This document shows, one piece after another, positions 1-8,078 of a stretch of DNA of 64,000 nt. The position numbers and the translations under genes were made by a program. How positions within the stretch are numbered: position 1 is the stretch's first letter; each line of letters starts with the position of its first letter. The notes below the pieces were generated by a model that saw only the letters and a program-made list of their open reading frames with translations, was not told where the DNA came from and did not search any database. The DNA is from Bacteroidota bacterium (GTDB taxonomy: Bacteria > Bacteroidota > Bacteroidia > Flavobacteriales_D > JABDKJ01). The DNA lies in the NCBI GenBank assembly GCA_039028335.1, contig JBCCIF010000003.1, positions 19,349 to 83,348 on the forward strand. Direction: 5' to 3'.

Positions 1-3000
1 AAGCATGAATATATCTTCATCCATAGAGCTAAATCCATCTGGACCAGTCCAATTTATGATAAATGGAGCCATCCCATTGTTAATCGTCAAATCAATACTT
101 CCATCACTTGCGTTTTTGCACAGCGCATCTTGAATGTCAAAACTAAAATCCAGACCAATCCCATCGAGAATTTCTATTGTGGAATCCGCCATGCACATAT
201 TCGCATCATTCACCGTAATGGTATAAGATCCAGGTTCCAGATTAGAAATGTCCTCATCTATTGAGGTAAACCCATTCGGCCCTGTCCAAGAAACAGAATA
301 AGGGTCGACAGCATTATTTATTGTAATATCTATTGCTCCGTTTGCGTCTCCAGCGCAAGCTATTTGACTAATATCAGCCACTATTTCTATCGGATCCAAA
401 ACAGGCACCTCTAACAATAAGGTGATATTGCATAAGGCCTGATCGATGATATCGACTGTATACATCCCTTCTTCAAGATTGAAAATATCTTCATCCATAG
501 AAGTGAATCCGTTAGGCCCTGTCCAAGTTATGTCAACAGGTGGATCAGCTGTCATTATGTCTAATTCTATGGAGCCATCGTTGCCCCCGGGACAAGTAAC
601 CGGAGTTATGGTTTCGGTGACTGTTGGAGTTGGGTGGTTAATGGAAATGGTATCTCCATTCATACAATTGTTACCATCTTCGACAACAACAACATAAATA
701 CCTGGGCCAAGATTATCTATCAAGGCATTGGTAGAGATCGAAGGGCCCATAAACTCAAACCATTCAATATCATAAGGCAAAGTCCCTCCTGAAGGAATAA
801 CTTCAATAGAGCCATCATCAAAAGGACAGGTTGGATTGACGATGTCAAAGGTCAATTCTAGTAATGCAGGTTCCATAATCTCAAAAGTCCCCATTTCATC
901 GCATCCGATAAAATCGGTTACGGTCACGTCATATATTCCAGGTTCAAGATTTGAAATGTCTTCATCCATAGACATAAAGCCATTTGGCCCGGTCCACGTA
1001 ATGGTATAAGGCATGGTGCCACCATTGATTGTGAGATCAATAGATCCATTGTCATCACCGTTACATAAAATATCTGCTACATCAGCTGAAATGGTTAGAT
1101 CCGGCAAAGCAGTTATTTCATAAGTCGCAGTAAACAGACAATTGTTATCATCGAGAATACTCAAATCATAAAAACCGGCTTCAAGCATGAAAATGTCTTC
1201 GTCCATTGATGTAAAACCGTTTGGACCTGTCCAGGTGACGGTGTAAGGTTCCGTTCCTCCAGTAATTTCTATACTAATAGCTCCCGACATTGGACCGAAA
1301 CAGGTAATGTTTGTTATGACTTCGTCAACACTTATTACATCCGGTTCTAGCACATCAAAAACCGCCAATTGTGTGCAATTATTTGCATCAATCACATTGA
1401 CAAAATAGGTGCCTGCTTCCAATCCCGTGATGTCTTCATCTGTAGAATTAAATCCATTTGGGCCTGTCCACATCACATCATATGGGTCAACTGCATTCAG
1501 GATAGTCAGATCAATTGCTCCTGAAAAGTCAGCGTTGCATTCGAGATCTGAAACTATTCCATCAATAACAATTTGGTCGGGATCAATAATCTCAGCACTG
1601 CCTACCTGAATACACATAAGCGCATCAGTTAATGTTAGAAAATACGTGCCTGCTGCTAAGCCATTGATGTCCTCATCGTTCGACATAAAGCCCCCTGGTC
1701 CAGTCCATAAATAGGTGTAGTTCATTACACCACCTGTTACTGTTACGTCTATTGCTCCATTTGCTTCCCCAAAGCAAGCAGGTTGGGTAATGTCAAAGTC
1801 AAACTCAATGCTGTCATTCTCCAAAACATCGATATCTACCGTTTCTTCGCAGAGATTAGCATCAATCACATTCACTGTATACGTTCCGGCAAAGAGCATA
1901 GAAATATCCTCATCCATAGAAGTGAATCCATTGGGACCTGTCCAGTTGATCGTTATGGGATCCAAAGCATTCGTAATTGTCATATCTATGGCTCCTGTGT
2001 TTTGTCCAAAACAGTTCACTGGTGTGAGATCAAAATCTAATGTGAAACCGTCAATTTCTGTGACTTCATATGTTGCCATGAAAGTGCACATATTTCCATC
2101 CGTTACCAGTAAATCATAGAAACCGACTTCAAGATTAAAAATATCTTCATCCATTGAAGTGAATCCATTTGGACCTGTCCAAGAAAAGTCATAAGGAATC
2201 GTACCTCCCATCACCTCAATTTCAATCGTGCCATTTGCCAATCCACCGCAGCTTGCTTGAGTTATGGTCTCATCCACCGTAATGGGATCTGGCTCTGAAA
2301 TTTGAACAGTTATAGATTCCGCACATAAATTATCGTCTGTTACAACCACTGTATACGATCCTACTTCAAGACCAAAAATATCTTCGTCCATAGAACTAAA
2401 ACCATTTGGGCCGGTCCATGAAATATCGAAAGGCATCGTTCCACCCATAATGGTTAAATCGATTGAACCGTCCATGTCACCAACGCAAGAAACTCCTGTC
2501 GGAATTGCAGATAATATTAGCTCATCTGGCTCAATGATTGTAAAAGTTTCTCCAACTACACAATCGTTATCATCCGTAACGGTGACCGTATAATCACCTG
2601 GACCTAAACTCGATATATCTTCATCTATGGAAAGGAAGCCACCAGGTCCCGTCCAAGAATAAGAGTAATCAGGTGTGCCTCCTGAGACTGTAATATCAAT
2701 AGCTCCATCATTCTCTCCAAAACAGGAAATGTCAGAGACAATTTCATCAATCACTAATTCTATTGGACATAAAATGTCAACTGAAAGCACTGCCGTGCAC
2801 AGGTTATCATCGGTTAAGACCAAATCATAGGTGCCACATTCTAAATCGACTAAATCTTCATTTCCAGAAGTGAATCCGTTTGGTCCAGTCCAGACATAAT
2901 TATAAGGACCCGTTCCTCCGGTTACGGTGAGATCTATTTGACCTAAAGCATCTCCGAAACAGTCATTATCTACTTTATCGAAATTCAGGACTAAGGGGTC

Positions 3001-3215
3001 TGGCTCCATTATCTGAAAAGACTCCATATGGGTACACATATTATCATCTAAAATGCTCACTGTGTATGTACCGGGTTCTAAATTGAAAATATCTTCATCC
3101 ATTGAAGTAAATCCGCCAGGTCCGGTCCAGTTCGTCATATATGGAGGTGTTCCTCCATTAATAGTAATCTCTATCGATCCATTATCATTGCCATTGCAAT
3201 CTATATCTTGAATGA
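1..3215 (-). repeat. In-frame tandem array of 237-bp (79-codon) SprB-type repeats
   Basis: The conserved core (a/g)at(a/g)tc(t/c)tc(a/g)tc(c/t)at..., antisense of DEDI, recurs at 11, 248, 485, 956, 1193, 1430, 1667, 1904, 2141, 2378, 2615, 2852 and 3089. Spacing is exactly 237 bp from 956 to 3089. The unit between 485 and 956 is degenerate and 3 bp shorter. Confidence 0.85.
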
Positions 3216-3819
3216 CTTCATCTATTTCAATTTCTTCCGGTGCATCATTGAAGACAAAAGTCGTATCAAAGACGCAACCGTTCATATCCGTAATGGTTAA
3301 AGTAAAGGGATCACAAAGCATTGTAGCTGCCGGGGTCATTTCTCCACTACTCCAATCAAACATGTTTCCTCCATTACCCCCAATTACTATAGGATTGGCT
3401 TGCGCATCACATGTGCCAAAGCAAGAGGGAGGAAGGGCATTCATGCTAAAAACAGTCAAATCTCCAGGTTCATTCAAAATCACATCTTCGCTGCAACTTT
3501 GACCTTGTCCTTGATCGACAATAATTACGGTATAGGTTCCTGCACCAAGACCATTCCAACATTGAGTCGCTGGTCCACCAACCCATTGATAAAGATATGG
3601 ACCAACACCATCAAGGGGTTCATCCACGCAGACTACTCCATCAATAAAATCATTACAGGTTGGTGCTGTTGTGGTGGAAAGTATTGTGAAGAAAGCACAT
3701 GTCCCGCTTGAATTCAAAAGAATGGAATCGACTTGCGACTGATTTAATTCATTTTGTTGGGCCGATAACCCAAAAACAACGAACAGCAAGCAAATTAGTG
3801 TTCCTATGTGGTGTTTCAT
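1..3819 (-). CDS. SprB-repeat giant cell-surface (gliding/adhesin-type) protein, N-terminal 1273 codons; C-terminus lies beyond the window start
   Basis: The minus-strand frame is open from ATG 3819-3817 to position 1. It has no stop, which explains its absence from the ORF track. My translation starts MKHHIGTLICLLFVVFGLSAQQNELNQ (signal peptide). It is followed by about 13 copies of a 79-aa unit, C.G..(D/N)G.I.....GG(T).PY.Y.W.GP.GF.S.DEDI..L..G.Y.V...D...C, matching the SprB repeat pattern. Confidence 0.8.
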   Translation of the reverse strand, partial: MKHHIGTLICLLFVVFGLSAQQNELNQSQVDSILLNSSGTCAFFTILSTTTAPTCNDFIDGVVCVDEPLDGVGPYLYQWVGGPATQCWNGLGAGTYTVIIVDQGQGQSCSEDVILNEPGDLTVFSMNALPPSCFGTCDAQANPIVIGGNGGNMFDWSSGEMTPAATMLCDPFTLTITDMNGCVFDTTFVFNDAPEEIEIDEVIQDIDCNGNDNGSIEITINGGTPPYMTNWTGPGGFTSMDEDIFNLEPGTYTVSILDDNMCTHMESFQIMEPDPLVLNFDKVDNDCFGDALGQIDLTVTGGTGPYNYVWTGPNGFTSGNEDLVDLECGTYDLVLTDDNLCTAVLSVDILCPIELVIDEIVSDISCFGENDGAIDITVSGGTPDYSYSWTGPGGFLSIDEDISSLGPGDYTVTVTDDNDCVVGETFTIIEPDELILSAIPTGVSCVGDMDGSIDLTIMGGTMPFDISWTGPNGFSSMDEDIFGLEVGSYTVVVTDDNLCAESITVQISEPDPITVDETITQASCGGLANGTIEIEVMGGTIPYDFSWTGPNGFTSMDEDIFNLEVGFYDLLVTDGNMCTFMATYEVTEIDGFTLDFDLTPVNCFGQNTGAIDMTITNALDPITINWTGPNGFTSMDEDISMLFAGTYTVNVIDANLCEETVDIDVLENDSIEFDFDITQPACFGEANGAIDVTVTGGVMNYTYLWTGPGGFMSNDEDINGLAAGTYFLTLTDALMCIQVGSAEIIDPDQIVIDGIVSDLECNADFSGAIDLTILNAVDPYDVMWTGPNGFNSTDEDITGLEAGTYFVNVIDANNCTQLAVFDVLEPDVISVDEVITNITCFGPMSGAISIEITGGTEPYTVTWTGPNGFTSMDEDIFMLEAGFYDLSILDDNNCLFTATYEITALPDLTISADVADILCNGDDNGSIDLTINGGTMPYTITWTGPNGFMSMDEDISNLEPGIYDVTVTDFIGCDEMGTFEIMEPALLELTFDIVNPTCPFDDGSIEVIPSGGTLPYDIEWFEFMGPSISTNALIDNLGPGIYVVVVEDGNNCMNGDTISINHPTPTVTETITPVTCPGGNDGSIELDIMTADPPVDITWTGPNGFTSMDEDIFNLEEGMYTVDIIDQALCNITLLLEVPVLDPIEIVADISQIACAGDANGAIDITINNAVDPYSVSWTGPNGFTSIDEDISNLEPGSYTITVNDANMCMADSTIEILDGIGLDFSFDIQDALCKNASDGSIDLTINNGMAPFIINWTGPDGFSSMDEDIFML

Positions 3820-3843
3820 GTTAGTTCGTTTCATTCAAAAGGC

Positions 3844-4788
3844 TCAATCATACGCTGAGCAAGGAACATATCCTCCACTTCTTCCTGGCCTTGGGCAACT
3901 TATGGCTCCTATAATGATCTCGTGCGTATTCGAGCTATTCAAATTTATTCTTGAAGTTGTATAGTCATAGGCATAAGCGATTGTAAAATAGCGCAAAAAT
4001 TTGAATTTTACCATTGCGGCAATAGCATCCACATTTCTATACGCCAAACCCAATGTTACCGCATCTTTAATATCTACGAGGGCATTTACATCAATGGCAA
4101 AAGGAGAAGCATTAGTCTTTTTAACCAATATAGATGGTCTAAACTGAATCTCTTTGGCGAGTTTCATGGCCTTTCCGTACGTTATGTAATAATGCGGTTC
4201 AAATCGCGTATCGAATCCCACATCTTTAATCCGACCACCCGTTAGATGGAAAATACTCGCTCCGAAAAAAGACTTCTCACTATAAATCCAAATTCCAGGG
4301 TTAAATTCAGGAATAACAAAAACATTTGCGGAAGAAGTTATAGCCGGGTCAGAAGGGTTCTCAACGGACAATTGAGAAGCGTCAAATGAAAACTGCGTCA
4401 ATCCTGTATACAATCCAATAGAGGCAAATCTATTTCTATTGATTGGAAAGTGATATGCATAGGCCAGCAACATGCTTGTCCGACCTAATGGATCTGTTCG
4501 ATCATTTTCTATCATACCTCCTATACCATGCTTGGTTTTATAGGAACTTTTATCCTTCACGCCCATAGGACCATTCAAACTGGCAATGGCTGTTTTAGGC
4601 GAACCTTCAAAGCCCACCCATTGGGTTCTATAACCCAATCGCATATCCATGCATTTCTTGGACCCTGCGACAGCAGGATTAATTGCGAAGTGATTAAAAA
4701 TGTAATGAGTATACTGTGGGGTTTGCTGCCCCATTGAAGCAGCACAAAATAATCCGCAAAAAATGGCTATTACTAAATTCTTCTTCAA
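3844..4788 (-). CDS. PorP/SprF-family type IX secretion system membrane protein
   Basis: 314 aa with a signal peptide followed by the family N-terminal signature QQTPQYTHYIFNHFAINPAVAGS. The length is typical for the family. The TTG start overlaps the upstream stop (TTGA, 4785-4788). Confidence 0.85.
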   Translation of the reverse strand: MKKNLVIAIFCGLFCAASMGQQTPQYTHYIFNHFAINPAVAGSKKCMDMRLGYRTQWVGFEGSPKTAIASLNGPMGVKDKSSYKTKHGIGGMIENDRTDPLGRTSMLLAYAYHFPINRNRFASIGLYTGLTQFSFDASQLSVENPSDPAITSSANVFVIPEFNPGIWIYSEKSFFGASIFHLTGGRIKDVGFDTRFEPHYYITYGKAMKLAKEIQFRPSILVKKTNASPFAIDVNALVDIKDAVTLGLAYRNVDAIAAMVKFKFLRYFTIAYAYDYTTSRINLNSSNTHEIIIGAISCPRPGRSGGYVPCSAYD

Positions 4789-5771
4789 TAGATAATGGTT
4801 ACTGATCCTGTAAATAGGTTCTCGTTTACTTCATCGTCATTCAATTCAATGACGTAATAATAATTTCCAGCAGTCAAAGCATTTCCATTTCGCGTTCCGT
4901 CCCAAGGTGTAGGATATCCAATTGATTTAAAAACCAATTGCCCCCAACGATCGAATACATTTACTGAACACTGAGGGAAATTTTCAATTCGGGTAATCAC
5001 CCAATCATCATTGAAACCATCTCCGTTGGGCGTGAATGCGTCATATACTGTAATGGGAGGAAAAACAAATACCCATACACGCCTTGTCACAACGCAAGGA
5101 CCATTGATAATTTCGACAGTGTACTCTGTGCTTTCTGTAGGAGAGGCAATGGGATCTGAAATAAAGGGATTGCTCAAACTCGCGGCCGGCAGCCAATTGT
5201 ATTGTGTCCCACCTGTTGCTCCTAATTGAGCAGATTGACCACTAATAATAAATTCATCTGGTGAAGCAGTATAATTAAATTCAACACCGTTACCCGATAA
5301 AGCGGGATTAATTCCACATTGAGCTGGATTTGTAATTCCAGGTCCATTTAAGTCTCCATCCACTTGCACATAATAGGTGGTGTTGGCATCTAAGCCTGTA
5401 GCAGAAATTGAAAGTGGGCCTCCACTTGCTGCATTACAGGCCAAATAAGTATAGGGACCATTGCACAAATCGGTAGTTTCGATGATTGCAATTTCTAAAT
5501 CCGTATCGTAGTTCACCGAATCAATACAATCTAAAATATCAATGTCCACGGTTACATCTCCTCCTATATCATTGGTAAAAAATGAAAAATAGAAACTGTT
5601 ATTGGCCGTAAAGCAAGGAGCATCTAATCCGCTTTGTGCGGAGTCCATTGTGTAATTGAGAAAATTATTTCCGAAACACAGCAACTCTGGATTATCACAA
5701 GTTTGAGCTCTGGTTTCAAATAGGAATCCACTCAAAAAAATGCAAAATGTTATACTTATTCTCCTACTCAT
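4785..5771 (-). CDS. Secreted protein with T9SS type B (gliding motility-associated, CHU_C-type) C-terminal domain
   Basis: Signal peptide MSRRISITFCIFLSGFLFETRAQ. The C-terminus FTPNGDGFNDDWVITRIENFPQCSVNVFDRWGQLVFKS...WDGT.NG..L..G.YYYVIEL matches the type B CTD consensus. It sits directly upstream of a PorP/SprF gene. Confidence 0.85.
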   Translation of the reverse strand: MSRRISITFCIFLSGFLFETRAQTCDNPELLCFGNNFLNYTMDSAQSGLDAPCFTANNSFYFSFFTNDIGGDVTVDIDILDCIDSVNYDTDLEIAIIETTDLCNGPYTYLACNAASGGPLSISATGLDANTTYYVQVDGDLNGPGITNPAQCGINPALSGNGVEFNYTASPDEFIISGQSAQLGATGGTQYNWLPAASLSNPFISDPIASPTESTEYTVEIINGPCVVTRRVWVFVFPPITVYDAFTPNGDGFNDDWVITRIENFPQCSVNVFDRWGQLVFKSIGYPTPWDGTRNGNALTAGNYYYVIELNDDEVNENLFTGSVTIIY

Positions 5772-5888
5772 CGTGAAAGAATCTAAATTAGAGATAAAGA
5801 AAATTCAGAAAGGACAATAGCCTTTTATTACAAACACAATCTTGTGAATGGTTGAAATTAGAAACGAAAAGCAGGAATGATTAGTCTT

Positions 5889-6140
5889 CTATGATTCGAA
5901 AACTTCGAATTCAAATTTTTCCATGATTTGGTTGGCTAAGAGCTTCTTACAGGCCTCATCAACTTTACTACGCGCTGCTTCTTCGCTCTCTGCTTCTATC
6001 TGCAAAGTGATATGTTTTCCTATTCGAACATTGCTGATTTCACTCAAACCAAGATTCCCCATGGATGCTGATACAGCTTTTCCTTGTGGGTCAAGTAGAT
6101 TGTCTTGAGGCATAACATCTATTTCAGCTCTAAATTTCAT
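5889..6140 (-). CDS. purS: Phosphoribosylformylglycinamidine synthase subunit PurS
   Basis: MKFRAEIDVMPQDNLLDPQGKAVSASMGNLGL...VRIGKHITLQIEAESEEAA is PurS-like in sequence and size (~83 aa). I prefer the ATG at 6140, which forms ATGA with the pssA stop, over the TTG at 6149 used by the ORF track. Confidence 0.8.
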   Translation of the reverse strand: MKFRAEIDVMPQDNLLDPQGKAVSASMGNLGLSEISNVRIGKHITLQIEAESEEAARSKVDEACKKLLANQIMEKFEFEVFES

Positions 6141-6892
6141 GATGACCAATTTTTAATCAATGATAAAACGATGTACAAAACTACGATAATTGGTAATGCC
6201 AACCACTTCAAAAATACCAACAAAATGAGAGCCGATGTTAACAGAAGGTATTTCCAGACATTGTCTCTGATTGATAAATTCTTGAATTTGAGTCCGAAAA
6301 TGGGAATGTTGGAGATCATTAATAATGAGAAGATCAAAGCTAGAAGGATGAAAAAATATCTTGGATCGGATAAAATCAGCCCAGTTCTTTCTAAAAAGGT
6401 TTTCGGAACATATTGAAAATAAAAGAAACCCGTTAAACCTGTCCAAAATAAAGCATTCGCAGGTGTAGGCAATCCCTTGAAATCTGTCGTTTGGTCTGTC
6501 GCCACGTTAAACTTGGCGAGGCGATAACAGGCAGCAGCAGCTAAACACAGTACTAAGCCGTTCGACACTATTGCGAGATTAAGCACACCCTGCTCTCCTA
6601 TCAAGAATTCATTATCCCATGATTCATCTATATCCGAAACTAAACGCAAAGCCATTAAAGCGGGCACGACACCAAATGTTACCATATCGGCAAGTGAATC
6701 TAATTGCTTACCTATTTCACTTTGCACTTTTAAAGCTCTAGCTACAAAACCATCGAAAAAATCAAAAATTGCACCTATTAACACAAATATAACCGCCAAC
6801 TCAGGACCTTCCGTGATGTAGCAAATCGCTATTACACCGCAAACTAAGTTACCTAAAGTGAAGGCATTAGGAATAAAAGCTTTCCCTTTCAT
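6137..6892 (-). CDS. pssA: CDP-diacylglycerol--serine O-phosphatidyltransferase (CDP-alcohol phosphatidyltransferase family)
   Basis: Carries the CDP-alcohol PT motif DFFDGFVARALKVQSEIGKQLDSLAD. It is a multi-TM protein of 251 aa with the N-terminus IPNAFTLGNL typical of Bacteroidota PssA. Confidence 0.8.
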   Translation of the reverse strand: MKGKAFIPNAFTLGNLVCGVIAICYITEGPELAVIFVLIGAIFDFFDGFVARALKVQSEIGKQLDSLADMVTFGVVPALMALRLVSDIDESWDNEFLIGEQGVLNLAIVSNGLVLCLAAAACYRLAKFNVATDQTTDFKGLPTPANALFWTGLTGFFYFQYVPKTFLERTGLILSDPRYFFILLALIFSLLMISNIPIFGLKFKNLSIRDNVWKYLLLTSALILLVFLKWLALPIIVVLYIVLSLIKNWSS

Positions 6893-7010
6893 TGAAGGCG
6901 AAAATAGAAATAGCTGTGCAATATTTACGGAAAATTGGAAGTTAAAAGAAAGTCTTTTTTGAAACTAAACCGTGTATTGAAAGTACTAATTTTAACTATC
7001 TTTAATCTTC

Positions 7011-8075
7011 ATGCAGAAGTTCAACTTATTATTCATAGCGCTCATTTTCATGAGTTCTTCAGTGCTGGCACAGGCACCCAAATACAGTAATGAATTTTTG
7101 AGTATAGGCGTAGGAGCCCGAGCCTTGGGAATGTCCAATGCCTATGTATCGACAGTAGATGATGTGACTGCAGGTTATTGGAATCCTGCTGGTCTTTTAG
7201 GCGTGAAAAGTGATTTTCAAGTTTCTGCGATGCATGCTGAATATTTTGCTGGGATTGCAAAGTATGACTACGCGGCAATTGCTAAACCTATTGATTCACT
7301 GCAATCATTCGGCATTTCTTTCATCCGATTTGGAGTAGATGATATCCCAAATACAACAGAATTAATTGATGCCAATGGCAATATTGACTATGATAGAATA
7401 ACAACATTTTCTGCTGCAGATTATGCTTTTATATTCTCATACGCTAGAAAGATCAAGAATTTAGATATAGGTGGAAACTTTAAAATCATCCATCGAAAAG
7501 TGGGAGACTTTGGAAAATCTTGGGGCTTTGGTTTAGATGGAGGACTGAAATACAACGTTGGAAAATGGAACCTTGCTTTGATGGCTAGAGATGTTACAAG
7601 CACCTTTAATGCATGGACCTTTGACCTTGATCAAAGCATCATAGATGCTTTTATCCTCACCAATAACGAAATTCCAGACAACAGTGTTGAGATCACATTG
7701 CCTCGTTTAATTTTTGGTGCATCGAGAAAATTTCAATTCAACGAAAATCTATCCCTACGACCTGAATTGAATTTAGATCTAACCACAGATGGTAAAAGAA
7801 ATGTATTGATCAAAACGGATTTAATATCTATCGATCCTCATTTAGGAGCCGAGTTAAATTTCAAAAACACTTTGTTCTTTAGAACGGGAATTGGAAACAT
7901 TCAACAAATTAATGAAGTCAATGGAGGGAAATCGACAACTTTCCAACCCAATCTAGGAATTGGCGTAAAACTGAATAGAATTTCTCTGGATTATGCCTTG
8001 ACTGATATAGGAGATCAATCTGTTGCTTTATACAGCAACATATTTTCCATGAAGGTGGATATATTCAGAAACTGA
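7011..8075 (+). CDS. PorV/PorQ-family outer-membrane beta-barrel protein (T9SS-associated); not assignable to canonical PorV versus a paralogue from sequence alone
   Basis: Signal peptide MQKFNLLFIALIFMSSSVLAQ, then FLSIGVGARALGMSNAYVSTVDDVTAGYWNPAGL, which resembles the PorV/PorQ family N-terminal motif. It is 354 aa. Its stop lies 3 nt before the PorU-like gene. Confidence 0.65.
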   Translation: MQKFNLLFIALIFMSSSVLAQAPKYSNEFLSIGVGARALGMSNAYVSTVDDVTAGYWNPAGLLGVKSDFQVSAMHAEYFAGIAKYDYAAIAKPIDSLQSFGISFIRFGVDDIPNTTELIDANGNIDYDRITTFSAADYAFIFSYARKIKNLDIGGNFKIIHRKVGDFGKSWGFGLDGGLKYNVGKWNLALMARDVTSTFNAWTFDLDQSIIDAFILTNNEIPDNSVEITLPRLIFGASRKFQFNENLSLRPELNLDLTTDGKRNVLIKTDLISIDPHLGAELNFKNTLFFRTGIGNIQQINEVNGGKSTTFQPNLGIGVKLNRISLDYALTDIGDQSVALYSNIFSMKVDIFRN

Positions 8076-8078
8076 TAA

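Noticed and set aside
1-3215. The regular 237-bp periodic repeats were considered as a CRISPR-like or satellite array.
   Set aside because: The period is an exact multiple of 3 and there is no short-repeat/unique-spacer alternation. The whole region is one open reading frame encoding a recognisable protein repeat.
446-3711. Several 60-110-codon plus-strand ORFs in the track (446-697, 1409-1609, 1783-2119, 3212-3711).
   Set aside because: They lie antisense to a continuous 1273-codon minus-strand frame with clear SprB-repeat protein logic. Their Ser/Ile-rich, low-complexity translations are mirror artefacts of the repeat.
6105-6446. ORFs 6105-6416 (+) and 6153-6446 (-) overlapping pssA.
   Set aside because: The pssA frame carries the complete CDP-alcohol phosphatidyltransferase motif. 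The alternative frames have no recognisable features.
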